Below are positions 39,264 through 52,300 of a DNA stretch of 64,000 nt, piece by piece. The notes below the pieces were generated by a model. It worked only from the letters and a program-made list of their open reading frames with translations. It ran no database searches and was not told the origin of the DNA. Position numbers and translations under genes: made by a program. The DNA comes from Eledone cirrhosa (taxonomy: Eukaryota), in contig OZ024740.1 in NCBI GenBank assembly GCA_964016885.1, positions 71,982,001 to 72,046,000 of the forward strand. The letters are read 5' to 3'. Positions within the stretch are counted from its first letter, which is position 1, and each line of letters begins with the position of its first letter.

Positions 39264-39360
39264 TATATAGCCTAAACAGGAAGGTGCATAGGACAAAGAC
39301 AATGGAAAAGCGAACATTCCCTTCTCATCAATCAACCTCTGGAAATCACTATATTTTCAG

Positions 39361-39460
<100 letters not shown>

Positions 39461-40501
39461 CATATTAGCACAACATCCAGCCCAAAACAAATGAGGTCGT
39501 GTAGGTGTCACGACAAAAAAAACACACAGTCCACGCTGTAATGTGGCCGTGTAGGTAACACGGTAAAAACCTCCCAGTCCACACTGTAAATGTGGTTGGT
39601 GTTAGGAAGGGCATCCAGCTGTAGAAAACCCGCCAGACAGTCCTATGCGAGCAAGACAACCACTCTTGCCTCAAGTGGGAAAACTCCCGTCCAAACCCAT
39701 GCAAGCGTGGAATATGGACGTTAAACGATGATGATGATGATGATGATGATGATGATATATATACATATGTGTATGTGTGTGTGTGTATAACCCTTACCAG
39801 CATGGAAGAATAAGTGTTGAATTATGATGATGATGATAGAAATATATATCATACAAATGCACACACACGATATATAATATATATATATATACTTATATGT
39901 GGGTGAGTGTGTATATACACATCATCTTCTTCCATAACTTACAATTTACTAGCAATGGAAATTAATATATTAAATAAAATGAATATTAATTGATAAAATT
40001 ATACTTGAAGATAAAAGAAGTCACAATTAATATGAGTGAAACTTTGCCATTCCATCAATCATGCTCTCTATAATAAGGAATGATATTTAGTTAGGTCATT
40101 ATAACCTTTACATTTAATAACTTAATATAAATAGGATGGAAAGAAACTAAGTGGTGGGGTAAGTTTCTACAAATCCAAGTCAACATATCACTTTCCATTC
40201 TCAGTTGGGGAATTTTTCAACACTTTCACTATTCTCCCTTTTTTCTTACGATATTTCTAAAAAGAAAGCACTACCTATGATTTTCAAATAATTTAAAGAA
40301 TAATCAAGACCCTTTCATGACTGCATTTCTAATGAAATACACTCTATTTTAATTAATTAATGAAGAATTTTGAGCGACTTACTAAAATTATTAGTTATTT
40401 CATTACTAAGATAGTAACTTAATGTAAGGTTCTTATATAAAATTATGTTGGAAAATTTTAATTTAAATTGGAAACCTTTAAAATGGGTGATTTCATAGAA
40501 T

Positions 40502-42520
40502 CGCAGGAACATGACTGTGGTGTGACTGGACTATCAGAAGGTGTTTGATAGTGTACCTTTGGATTGGCAGTATCGGTAGAGGGTCGGACGTCATGCTTTC
40601 AGCATAGAGTTACGGCCCTTTATGATCTGAGTTCAAATCCCGCCGGGGTTAACTTTGCCTTTCATCCTTACGGGGTCGATAAAATAAAGTACCAGTAATG
40701 TACTGAGTAATTGCTGGCCTTGTGCCAAAAGTAGAAACAATTATTAAGGCTTTACAATTAGCCAAAGTCCTACAACCACTAGAAGCTGGTCTTGAACGCA
40801 TGAGTAAGAACTGGTACACCAATTTGATCCTTAGGGGTGAGAAGGAGCAAATTAAGACTGATACAATACACAAACAGGAAGGCATCTTTTAAGGTGATAT
40901 CTTATCAGTGTTGTCTCATCATCTTCTCACTAAACCCACTATCAAACCTGCTCACAAAACAAAGTAGTCATAGAAGTAGGCCCAGAAGTATCTCCCATCT
41001 TTTCTTTGTTGATGACCTGAAGTTGTATGGACCAAGTACCAACTATATTAAAAAATAAGTGGACCTCATTACACAATTTTCTGCAGATATTAGAATGAAA
41101 TTTGGTGAGTTCAAATGTGCATATTTGACAGCAAAACCTGGAAGGATAGTGCCCTCCTCTGGAAATCTAGAGATGAACCGCTTGACAATACAACCTCTAC
41201 AGTCAAGTGACAACTACAGATATCTTGGACAGAATGAGAATGTCAGATATGATGGATCCATAAATAAGGAGAGAACCAGAACTGAATACCTCAGGAGAGT
41301 AAAGAAAATATGGTAATTAGAACTATCAGTGTACAACAAATACCTATGCTGTGCCAATCCTAATGCCAACATTTGGCTTGCTGAACTGATCATTGCCAGA
41401 ACTAAGTGAGATGGATGTAAGAATTCGCAAGCTTCTCAGTGTTACAAGGAAGGTGGCCGGGATCTAAAATCCATATCAACATCATACAAGATCCAGATAG
41501 TAACACTGAAGCAACATCTTCAATAGAAGAAAAAGGTCAGCAACCATGTTGCCCAGGTTTATGATCAAGAAAGAAATAATATCATTAGGATAGCCACTGA
41601 TCTGGAGGAGAGATATGGAATAAGGCCTGATATAAATCTCTCTCCCAGGGAAATTGGAAGATCCTATTCAATGTTTGAACAAGATAAAAAAATTAACCAA
41701 TTTATAGAGAAAGTTGTGAGACGAAAAACACAGACCATAGAGGGGATAAATCATTCAAAAAGCCTGACATGGAGTTCCGACAGGTTTTTGACATCTCTAT
41801 GCAATACAGGAACAAGAAATCCCTACCAAATATCTGCTAAACAAAAGAGGAGGCCCATCAGTCAACGATGAATGTAGGCTATGTAAAACAAAGATCAAAG
41901 ATGTAAGCCACATTGTTGCCAACTGCAAAAGAATCTCGTCTCGCTACTACCTCCCTATGAGACACAATGAGATAGCTAGAACTATCTGGAATGTAATTAG
42001 GAAAACAAAATTAAAAACAAATGAGGAGGAATATGTTGAAATAGATGGGACTAAAGAATACTGGTGGAACCTGAAAATAAAAACTGCCACCAAATTAAAG
42101 CACAACCGGCTTGATATTGTTGTTTGGGACCACCACAGATTACAAACGTCCTCTGTTGTAGAGATCAGCTGCCCACTTGATGTCAACGTTGTAAGAAAAA
42201 TACAAGAGGAGGACATCTACGGACCATTGATGAGGAGTTTGCAGATCTTGAATCCAAGATACACCTTCAGCTTTATACCCATCATTATTGGAGCTACGGG
42301 TTATATACCAACCCACCTGGACCAAAGTATAACTGAACTTGGATTTGTGGACAAAGAGCACAGCTCCCTAATTCATAGAGTACAAATGGCTGTAATAGCT
42401 GGCACCTTCAAAATTTGCAAAATATTCAAGGGATTCAAGGGATGACAATTTCTTTTCTTTTACAACCTGGCCACAAGGAAGGTGGCCGGTCAAAAATGTA
42501 CTCGAAATTAAGAGAAAGAC
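40502..42520 (+). mobile_element. R4/Dong-like LINE (RT plus restriction-like endonuclease), decayed, with a SINE inserted
   Basis: LDYQKVFDSVP, ISHLFFVDDLKLY, YRYLG, CRLC..HIVANC..RHN and NRLDIVVWD..VVEISCP. Ends in (CATA)n. Confidence 0.85.
40560..40745 (+). mobile_element. tRNA-derived SINE family A inside the R4-like LINE
   Basis: A and B boxes, central domain and ATT tail. It interrupts the FDSVP...IIKAL RT segment. Confidence 0.85.
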
Positions 42521-43083
42521 ATACACACATACATACATAATACATACATACACACACACATACATACGTAATGGCTGCCCCCTCGTTATCAAGTATGGCC
42601 ATTGCAAGATATACCATTATTAATAATTATTAATTAATAACTTTGCCTTTCATCCTTACGGGGTCGATAAAATAAAGTACCAGTAATGTACTGGGTAATT
42701 GCTGGCCTTGTGCCTAAAATAGAAACAATTATTATTATTATTTTCCACATTCAAATCCCGCCGAGGTTGACTTTGCCTTTCATCCTTACGGGGTCGATAA
42801 AATAAAGCACCAGTAATGTACTGGGATAATTGCTGGCCTTGTACCTAAAGTAGAAACAATTAATTAATTCTATCGTGCAATGCCTGTGCGTGAAGATATT
42901 TTTTAAAGTGAGGAAAGACTGTGCACATACATACATACATACATGATGGCTGCCCCCTCGTTATCGAGTATGGCCATTGCACGATATGCCATTATTAATA
43001 ATTATTAATTAATTCTATCGTGCAATGCCTGTGCGTGAAGATATTTTTAAAGTGAGGAAAGACTGTGCACATACATACATACA

Positions 43084-43665
43084 TGGTGGCTGCCAACTCG
43101 TTTTCGAGTACGGCCACTACTTTATATCCATGTAGGAGAACCCCTACCGATGCGCTGAACAAGTGTGACTTTTTAGTCCAGCCAGCGACTTGAAAACTCT
43201 GGTACAAACACTACACTTGTGACAATTATTGACACAGTACTGGGCCCATGGTACCATGTGACGAGAAGTGCAGAGAGATCTCCAGATATAAAGCAATGCC
43301 TGTGCCGTGAAGCTTTTATAGTGAGCAAAGGCACTGCACAAAGCCAGTCCCACTCTCTTAACCAAGATGATATTTACCCATTGGATACCATCAGGGTTGC
43401 AGGTGTTATATCAGAGTTTTCCTTCTCCTAGAATTTTGCCTTGACAAAGGCTAAGGGGGTCATCTCTCCCGGTGATTTTGGATGGCATTGACTCTTAAGA
43501 GCCCCTTTACCCTTTGACAGGTTTTGTTTTTAGTCCTGCAGGATGTCCAAAGTCACCCTCCTCACCAAGAAACCTTGGTGGGGTTGCCAGTTTAGTCGCC
43601 AACAACCCGACCATGGGACAGGTTGTACTGGGATACATATTACCAGTAGCACCAACTGGTGACCT
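43084..43665 (-). mobile_element. About 600-bp non-autonomous RTE-derived retroposon, copy 2
   Basis: Homologous to 33728-34324, with a slightly longer 5' end. Confidence 0.75.
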
Positions 43666-43874
43666 GACTTACATACATATATACATACATACAATTACTC
43701 TGTTCCTCTTCAGGGTTTAATCAGTGAACTTACTCCTGCTTTCTTGTATGACTTATACATTTTTCACATCCAACACATTATTACCTGATTTTAGAACAAA
43801 TACAGACACTATGGAATTAATAATAGACTTGTCATTGTTGTTAGGTTCCAGATAAACAACTTCATGATCTAATT

Positions 43875-44325
43875 ACCATTGTTGTTGCTACTGTTGTTGT
43901 TGTGGATGTTGTTGATGTTGTTGTTGTGGTTGTTGCTGCTGTTGTTGTAGTTGGGTTGTTGTTGTTGTTGTTGCTGTAGTTGTTGTTGTTGTTGCTGCTC
44001 TTGTTGTTGTTGTGGTTGTTGCTGTTGTTGTTCTTGTTGTTGCTGTTGTTATGGTTGTTGTTGTTGTGAACTTACAGACTATGGTTGTTATGGTTGCTGC
44101 TGTTGTTTTTGTTGTTATTGTTGCTGTTGTTATTGCTATTGTTGTTGCTGCTGCTGTTGTTGTTCTCATTGATGTTCTCGATATTGTTGGTGTTGCAGTT
44201 GTTGCTGTTGTTGGTGTTTTCATTGTTATTGATGTTGTTATTGTTTTCATTGTTGCTGTTGCTGTTGTTGTTTTCATTATTACTGTTGTTGCTGTTCTTT
44301 TTCTTGCTGCTGCTGGTGTTGCCGC
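43875..44325. repeat. Degenerate (GTT/GCT)n tract
   Basis: Directly visible. Confidence 0.9.
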
Positions 44326-45336
44326 AGTGTAGTAAATGAAATTAAAAACCACAGTTGGAGCGGAACAAACTCACCTTAGTCTCTCTCATGGCAGCACAGT
44401 GAAAGCTTGTCTTCTAATGTTTTGATAAGATAATTGAAGCTTGCTAGAATCTTCCAATTAATCTGTCTTTGATGGGAATATATTATTCTTACAGTCAGCA
44501 ATAACTGGTTTATAATTAATTACAATAGAGGCCTCATAACTATTTAGTTTTGAAACTGTGCATGTAAGCAATTCAATAGCAGATATTGGTTTGGTTTCTA
44601 CATCTGGTTACTATAGAATATACTGAGAGCATTTTATTATAACAATAACACTAAGGAGATAGTTATAACCTTGATGTGGCTAAAGAACCATCTCAATCCT
44701 TTTAGAATTGTTTCTACAGCTGAATGACTTCCTAACATCAGCAACTTTACAGAGTATACTGGGTGCATTTTATCGCAGCACCAGCACTTCATAGGTCGTC
44801 ACGTCCTTGAGGCAACTGAAGAACCTCATGTCCCTTTTGGTATGGTTTCTACTGCTGGATACCCTTCTAAAGTTAACTGCTTTACAGAGTGGCTGGGTGT
44901 AATATGAAAATGCTATTTCTTCTTGAAAGATCTTCACAATATTGACTCTTCTATGGAAACTAGATATTGTTGACTTGTGAAAATGTCTGAAGGGAGCTCT
45001 CTATATACATATAAATAAACTCTCACAGTTTGAATATGGGAAGTGGGAAAAAACAACAATCAGCTCAGGCTGTAGTTGTTACAATTTCAAGAAACTCCTT
45101 TTTGAAGTGTTCAGTTGATGGGAAGCATGCAAAAAAGATTACAATGAAAATACCTGAAACTGAGCGATGAAAATTCAATGGTTTGGATCTAAACAGATTT
45201 TTGTATTCTGTGGATTAAAAAATGAACCTTATAGATTGTATCAACCAATGGATCAAATCTGTTTCAAATTGCATCATTTTGTGGATCAAATTAAATTGTG
45301 ATGATTGTTTTATAACCATTATTTCAAGAAGTTTAG

Positions 45337-45520
45337 GGTGGTGGATTGGCAGTATCGGTAGAGGGTTGGACGCCATGCTTTCTAGCATAGTTACGTCCCT
45401 TTACGGTTTGAGTTCAAATCCTGCTGAGGTTAACTTTGCCTTTCATCCTTACGGGGTCGATAAAATAAAGTACCAGTAATGTACTGGGTAATTGCTGGCC
45501 TTGTGCCTAAAGTAGAAACA
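45337..45520 (+). mobile_element. Full-length SINE family A with 19-bp target-site duplication (TSD)
   Basis: ATTATTTCAAGAAGTTTAG at 45318-45336 and 45521-45539 flanks a complete element with A box, B box and central domain. Confidence 0.92.
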
Positions 45521-46967
45521 ATTATTTCAAGAAGTTTAGAACCTATATAGATTTTACTATTCAGTGTTTAAAAATGCTGTGAAGATTGTATTAACCAATA
45601 GATCAAAACTATTTCAAATTATATTATTCCCCAGATCAAATGAAATTCTGAAGCTTGTTTTATAGCCATAATTTCAAGAGGGTTCTTCAGTGTTTTAAAA
45701 CCTATATAGATTTTACTATACAATGGATACTGTGATGACTGTAACAATCAATGGATCAAATGTGGCCAAATTACAACAATCAGTGGATCAAATAAAGTTC
45801 TGATGATTTTTTATAACCATTTCAAGAAGGGTCCACTACAGTTTTACTTGACTTTCAGCTTTCAGAGAGAACAGGCCAGGAATGTTGAAGTAGATGTTAG
45901 CAGATGTTCTGTTAACATAATAAATTAGCGTCTTACTGTTTCATTGTATATCTCAACAATGAACAATTTATTAGTTGAACAGCATAATTAATGGAATGTC
46001 GAGGTAGATTTTAGTAATAACAACTGCAATTAATGAGTTCAGTGCTTTTAAGTGTGAATATATAAAAAAGAAGTTATTGGCTGCATTCCAAGGGTCTGTT
46101 GCCTTGTGATCTTCTTAAGTGTAGCTATTATCTGGGATATATTACTGAACTTCATCTTTAACTAGATCCCTCTAAATAGAGTAGGCCAGATACTGAGAGA
46201 GATGTGACAATGAAAGCAGCACAATCTATTATTATTTCAGTAATTGATAGCTCTCATATAAAGCTTATACAAAACAGTTTATTGGTTTATTGTGATAATA
46301 AAATGAAAAAGAAGACAGCAAAAAAGCTTTGATGGTTGTAGAGCAAAGGCTGCAACTATTTTACTGATTGCATTCATTAGTCTGTGGCCATGCTGGAGCG
46401 CCATTCTAAATTGTCTGGCATAAATTGCAATACTTTGGCTGTTTTACTACTTTCATTAGTCAGTGGCCATGTTGGAGCACCACTCTGAGTTGTTTTACAG
46501 AGATTGTAATTCTTTTGTTCTTTTACTGTTTCCATTAGTATGTGGCCATGCTGGAGCACAGTCCCGAAGGGATTTAGTCAATTATATCACTTCCAGTACT
46601 TTCTTTTAACCAGTACTTATTTTATCAGTAATTTCTTTTTTTGTCAAACTGCTAAATCAAAGGACATAAAAACACAGACATGGCCACACACACACACACA
46701 TACATACGCACACATATAGGTTTCCATGCAGCTTCTGTCTACCATATTTTACCCGACAGGTATTGGTCAATCTGAGGCCACTAGTAAAAGAGACTTGCTC
46801 AAGGTATCACACAGTGAGACTGAACCTGAAACTACCTCATAACCATGCCTGGGTATAGTTATATGAACATTGAAGAAGATCAAAAATTGCATAATTCTAT
46901 ATTCCAATAACTTTATTAGACCTGATTTTGAAGAATATAACTATAGTTTATTTATTTTTCAATTTTT

Positions 46968-47303
46968 ATTCCTGCCAAGGTTAGCTTTGCCTTTCATCCT
47001 TACAGGGTCAGTAAAATATAGCACCAGTAACATACTAGGGTCGATTTAATCAACTTTCCCTCCTGCTAAATTGTTGGCTTTTTGCCTAAATCAGAAACCA
47101 TTATTATTATAAAAAAGGGTAATGGATTGGCAGTATCGGTAGAGGGTCGGACGCCATGCTCCATGGCATAGAGTTATGGTCCTTGCCATTCTGAGTTCAA
47201 ATCCTGCCGAGGTTAACTTTGCCTTTCATCCTTACGGGGTCGATAAAATAAAGTACCAGTAATACACTGGGTAATTGCTGACCTTGTGCCAAAAGTAGAA
47301 ACA
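46968..47303 (+). mobile_element. Two tandem SINE family A copies (the second inserted in the tail of the first)
   Basis: The second copy (about 47117-47303) is flanked by the repeat ATTATTATTATAAAAA. Confidence 0.85.
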
Positions 47304-47424
47304 ATTATTATTATAAAAATTAATAAATAAATAAACAAATAATTATTAAATTCATTTATATATTTATTCAACTGAAATAATATATCCTCTCATATAAATT
47401 CTAAATGTCAATATGCTTCACTCA

Positions 47425-47785
47425 TGGTAGTAGTGGTGGTGGTGGTGGTAGTAGTAGTGGTGGTGGTGGTAGTGGTGGTGATGGTGGTAGTGGTGGTGGG
47501 TAGTGGTGGTGGTGGTGGTGGTAGTGGGTAGTGATAGGGGTGGGTGGGGTAGTGGTGGTGGTGGTGGTGGTGGTGACGGTGGTGGTAGCGTGGATGGTGG
47601 TGGTGGTGGTGGTATGGATGGTGGTGGTGTTGGTGGGGATGGTAGTGCTGGTGGTGGTGGTGGTGATTGTGGTGGTGGTAGTGGTGATAGTGTTAGTGAG
47701 GATGATAGTGGTGGTGGTGGTGGTAGTGGGCATGGTATGGGTGGGAGTAGTGGGGGTGGGGGTGCTAATGGTGGTGGCAGCAATG
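47425..47785. repeat. Degenerate (GGT/AGT)n tract
   Basis: Directly visible. Confidence 0.9.
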
Positions 47786-48167
47786 ATGACAAAAACAGCA
47801 ACTTTGGTAAGATTTTAATCCAGCTAAGCTAGAATGTAGAGTTATGTCATTGTTGAATATATATAGGAATGGTAAACATTAAATACAGATATAGTGTATT
47901 TTCTGGGAGTGTATAATGCAAATGTTTGAGTGTGTATAATACAATTGTTAGTAACTACACCTTCTATTATAACATCAGTATTTCATTCATAAAGGTATGA
48001 TATTCCCTTACTACAGAAATAATAATTCAACTTTCTATCTGTAGCATTTGATTAACTTTCCCAAGTGAGCTTTACAAATTGAATTAACTACCAGCATAGA
48101 TTGATATTACTTTTACTTAATGCACAAATGCATGTGTATATTGGTATATATATATATATGTATATAT

Positions 48168-48564
48168 ATCATCATCATCATCATCATCATCATCATTTTA
48201 CGTCCGCTTTTCCCTGCTTGCAAGGGTGGGACGGGAACTGATTCCGGCTTGATTTCTACAGCTGGATGCCCTTCGTAACACCAACCTCATTTACAGTGAG
48301 TGCTGGATGCTTTTTTTCCGTGGCGCCTACACGTCCACTTTTCAGTGTGGGCTGGGTGCTTTTTTGCCGTGGCACCTCCACGTCCACTTTGCAGTGGAAT
48401 GATATGGACCCCAGTCCTTATCTCATTTCTACAGCTGAGTAAACTGGAGCAATGTGAAATAAAGTGTCTTGCTCAAGGAAACAACACATCACCCGGTCTG
48501 AGAATTGAACTCACAACCTTTCGATTGCAAGGCTAATGCTCTAACCACTAAGCCATGTGCCTTC
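48168..48564 (-). mobile_element. tRNA-derived SINE family B
   Basis: Reverse-complement homolog of 37935-38306, retaining TTGAGCAAGACACTTTATTTCAC in the centre. Confidence 0.85.
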
Positions 48565-49164
48565 ATATATATATATCGTGTAGGTGTCACGACCAAAAAA
48601 ACACACAGTCCACACTGTAATGTGGCCGTGTAGGTAACACGGTAAAAACCTCCCAGTCCACACTGTAAATCTGGTTGGTGTTAGGAAGGGCATCCAGCTG
48701 TAGAAAACCCGCCAGACAGTCCTATACGAGGAAGACAACCAATCTTGCCTCAAGTGGGAAAATTCCCGTCCAAACCCATGCTAGCGTGGAAGATGGACGT
48801 TAAACGATGATGATGATGATGATGATACGTTTAAAATTGGTGGTTTATCACTGGGTAGAATTGGTCATTCTGCAATGTTAACCATATATATATATAGTCA
48901 ACACTGTAAAGTGGTCATGTTGGTGACATGACAAAAGGCAACTAACCTAACCTTTAATGTGGTTGTTTTTGGTGTCATGACTAAAAGCACCCAGTCCACA
49001 CTATAAATGTGGTTGGCGTTAGGAAAGGCATCCAACCATAGAAACCAAAGCAGAAACAGTTCTGTATTAGTAAGACACGGTCATCTGATCTGACTTGTTT
49101 TATAATGAGACAACTCGTCTAACCCATGCTAGCGTGGAAAAATGGACATTAAACAATGATGATG

Positions 49165-49375
49165 ATAATGGTTTCTTATATAGGCACAAGGCCAGCAATT
49201 TTGGGGGAGGGAAAAGTCTATTAAATCGACCCCAATGTGTGACTGGTACTTTATTTTATCGATCCCATAAGGCAAAGTTAACCTCGGTGGGATTTGAACT
49301 CAGGTCATAAAAGGCCGTAACTCTATGCTGCAAAGCATGGTGTCTGATGCTCTACCGATACAGCCAAACCACCGC
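49165..49375 (-). mobile_element. SINE family A
   Basis: A and B boxes and central domain on the minus strand. Confidence 0.75.
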
Positions 49376-52300
49376 ACCTATGATGATGATGATAATGATG
49401 ATATATGTATGAAGTATGATATATTGAAGTTTCATTTAAAATGTTTTTATTGTATATCGACCATTACATATGTTTCACAGATGATTGGCTCAAGATCCTC
49501 ATCGATGTGATAGACCCCATTCCAGCATCGATCTGCTCCTCTTCATATATACACTCTGCTATAACATCAAGTGCTCATATTGGTGCCACCTCCAATAATC
49601 AACAAAATTACTGAATAACCTACACTGTAAATATATATATATATATATACAATATATAAAGACGGGAAAAACACAGAAGGGTGTGTTTTCCTTTACAGGA
49701 ATTTCAAACCACCAGCATGAAGAGAATATAATCTAATAGAGACATAGGAAAAACATTAAAATTAAAAGTATAAATTAGAATGAGAAACCAACCTCATAAC
49801 CTAAATCACACATGTACAAACTCACCAGGAGATTGTTTCGCCATTTTATTGGGTTCCAATTCAGCCCTGTGGGTCATCAGCATGTGGAGAGACCAATATT
49901 GTCTGCACTACTAGAGAGAGAGAACTATAGTAAACCACCTATAGCACGTGTAAATATAAGGGAAATACATGCACGAGGCAGTGACCGGTGGCATCAACAG
50001 AACAATCTGCTAGAGATGGCAGCCTATACCATTCAATTTATGGTGCTCGACAGCAGAGAGAACGCAAGGAGCAAATATGAAGTAAAATAACGGAGTTATA
50101 TATATATACCCATGTTAGCGTGGAAGATGGACATTAAATGATGATGATAATGGTTGACTGTATAGACATATGCCTTTTCTAAAAAAAATTCCTCTTGTCA
50201 CTATCTTTCTATTTCATCTTTTATTTCTTATTTCTTCAGATGAAGGACTAACATCTGAAACATAACGACCCTTTTCCTACCATACCATGGGTTAGACTAA
50301 TATATTTCTTCATTGTACTATGTTGTTTCCTTTGTTGGTTCTGTTTACTTTTTGCACATGTGTGTGTGTGTGTGTGTGTGTTATTTAGTAATGTTTGTTG
50401 ATTACTGTAGGTGGCACCAATATGAGCACTCAATGCTATTACTTGAACAGAGTGATTCCCCAAAAAGTTTGTTCTTCTTGCGGTATCTGTGTGTTATATG
50501 TTTGTAATCAGCAGTGTATACATTATGTATACATTAAAATGTTTTTTTATCCCATATAAACATCACATATGTTTCACAGATGATCTGCTTGAGGTATTAA
50601 TCAATGTGGTAGACCTGACTACGATATTGATCAGTTCATCAGACGTGAGATTTAAATCAAAACATTTCCATCATTATCATTATCACTATTTAACGTCTAT
50701 TTTCCAAGCTTACATGGTTGAGATGGGTTGTCACGCTCTGTGGTTAGATCAGTTAGTTGACCACAACCAGCTCATCTTTAACATTGTTTTTAATGTTGGT
50801 TGCCCTCCCTAATAAAGGTGCTACAATACTGAAATATTTTCCTACACAGTACCTCACGATTATTTATTTTTATAACAGAACATTTTTTGGGGTGGGCGGG
50901 AGGGGGGGTGATGAAGGTTATAGCCTCCATAACCCCTGTTGCACGCTACAGTCCATGGTCCCTGGCAATGAAGGGTATAGCTGAAGATTATAGAGAAATA
51001 GCAGAAGGGGAGGAGAATAAATGTGCACTCTGTACTAGAAGTAAGATGGGAGGCAGGCACAACCAGACTTTTCACATGCAAGAAACAAAGGTACAAATTC
51101 TTTTGGGTTTCTAACAACACTGGGAGGGGTGGGTTGGCATGTTTTTCACAGAGAAATGGTTTGATGAAGTAATTAAGGTTGCCAGATAATAATGTGACAG
51201 AATAATTAAGCTTAAACACATTATAGGTAACACAACAATAAAAGGAATTAGAACTGACAGGTAGGCAAAACCAAGCCTTCTCAATATTTCTTTTAAAATC
51301 AGGCCCACGCATTTTTTAAAAGTAATTTGTTGTGACTCCTCTGTTTGGTAATAGAAATTCATTGTCTCATTTGCATTGGCAGTATCGGTAGAGTGTCGGA
51401 CACCATGTTTGCGTCAGACACCATTTTTATGTCAGGCACCATGTTTGCAGCATATATGTATATAAATATATATATATTAATAAAAGGAATTCCAGCTTTG
51501 TCTGATTTACTCGTTTTATTTACAATCTTTTAAAATTATAATGATATTATAATGAAATAGTATGGTAGAATATTAAATGTTAAGTGTTACTTGAACAAGT
51601 ACTTTCATGCTTTCGCAATCTTCAGGTTCATATTCTGTGTTGACAGTCAAGTTTGCAATTTTCAACAGTTGAAAATTGCACCAGCCATATTCACTGAACC
51701 AGAACAATTCTCCCCATCCCTTTTTCTTGACCATTATCTTTTGTTTGGCACAAAATTCTCTAAATGGCTATAAAAAAATTCAAAAATATGGGCGTGAAAT
51801 TTAATGTACTTGTTCAGGTGACAGTCATAATTTCATTTATAACCAATCAAATTACATTTATTAAAAAAAAAGCCTTCGTGAGCCACTTTTTTTTAAGTAA
51901 AATGAAATTCAAACACAAACTGGCGCGAAAGCTGATGTGTTTATTCACATGACTGCATCAACCAACCAAACTTCACTCATATTTGAACATGGTCCTCTGA
52001 CCTGATTCTCTCTCAAAGAGTCAACCTGTCCTAACCATGCTAGCATGGAAGATGGATGTTAAACGATGATGATGATGTATAAATATATATGTACATGCAC
52101 ACACACACACATACATATATATATAAAATATATATTTAATTTATCTATTTAAAATAAGTACACTATATCTCTGCATGATTAGAGAGGTGACAGAAAAGGG
52201 TTGGCGCCATGGGGATGGATGTAGTCAACTTGGGTGCAGGTGTGAAAGAGTGCAACATTTCTTGTCCTATATTGCCAGTTAATTAAGGTGTTGGTTGCTT

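Noticed and set aside
40136-40159. 24-nt plus-strand microexon (DGKKLSGG) with GTAAGT donor
   Set aside because: The acceptor lacks a pyrimidine tract and there are no supporting exons; likely chance.
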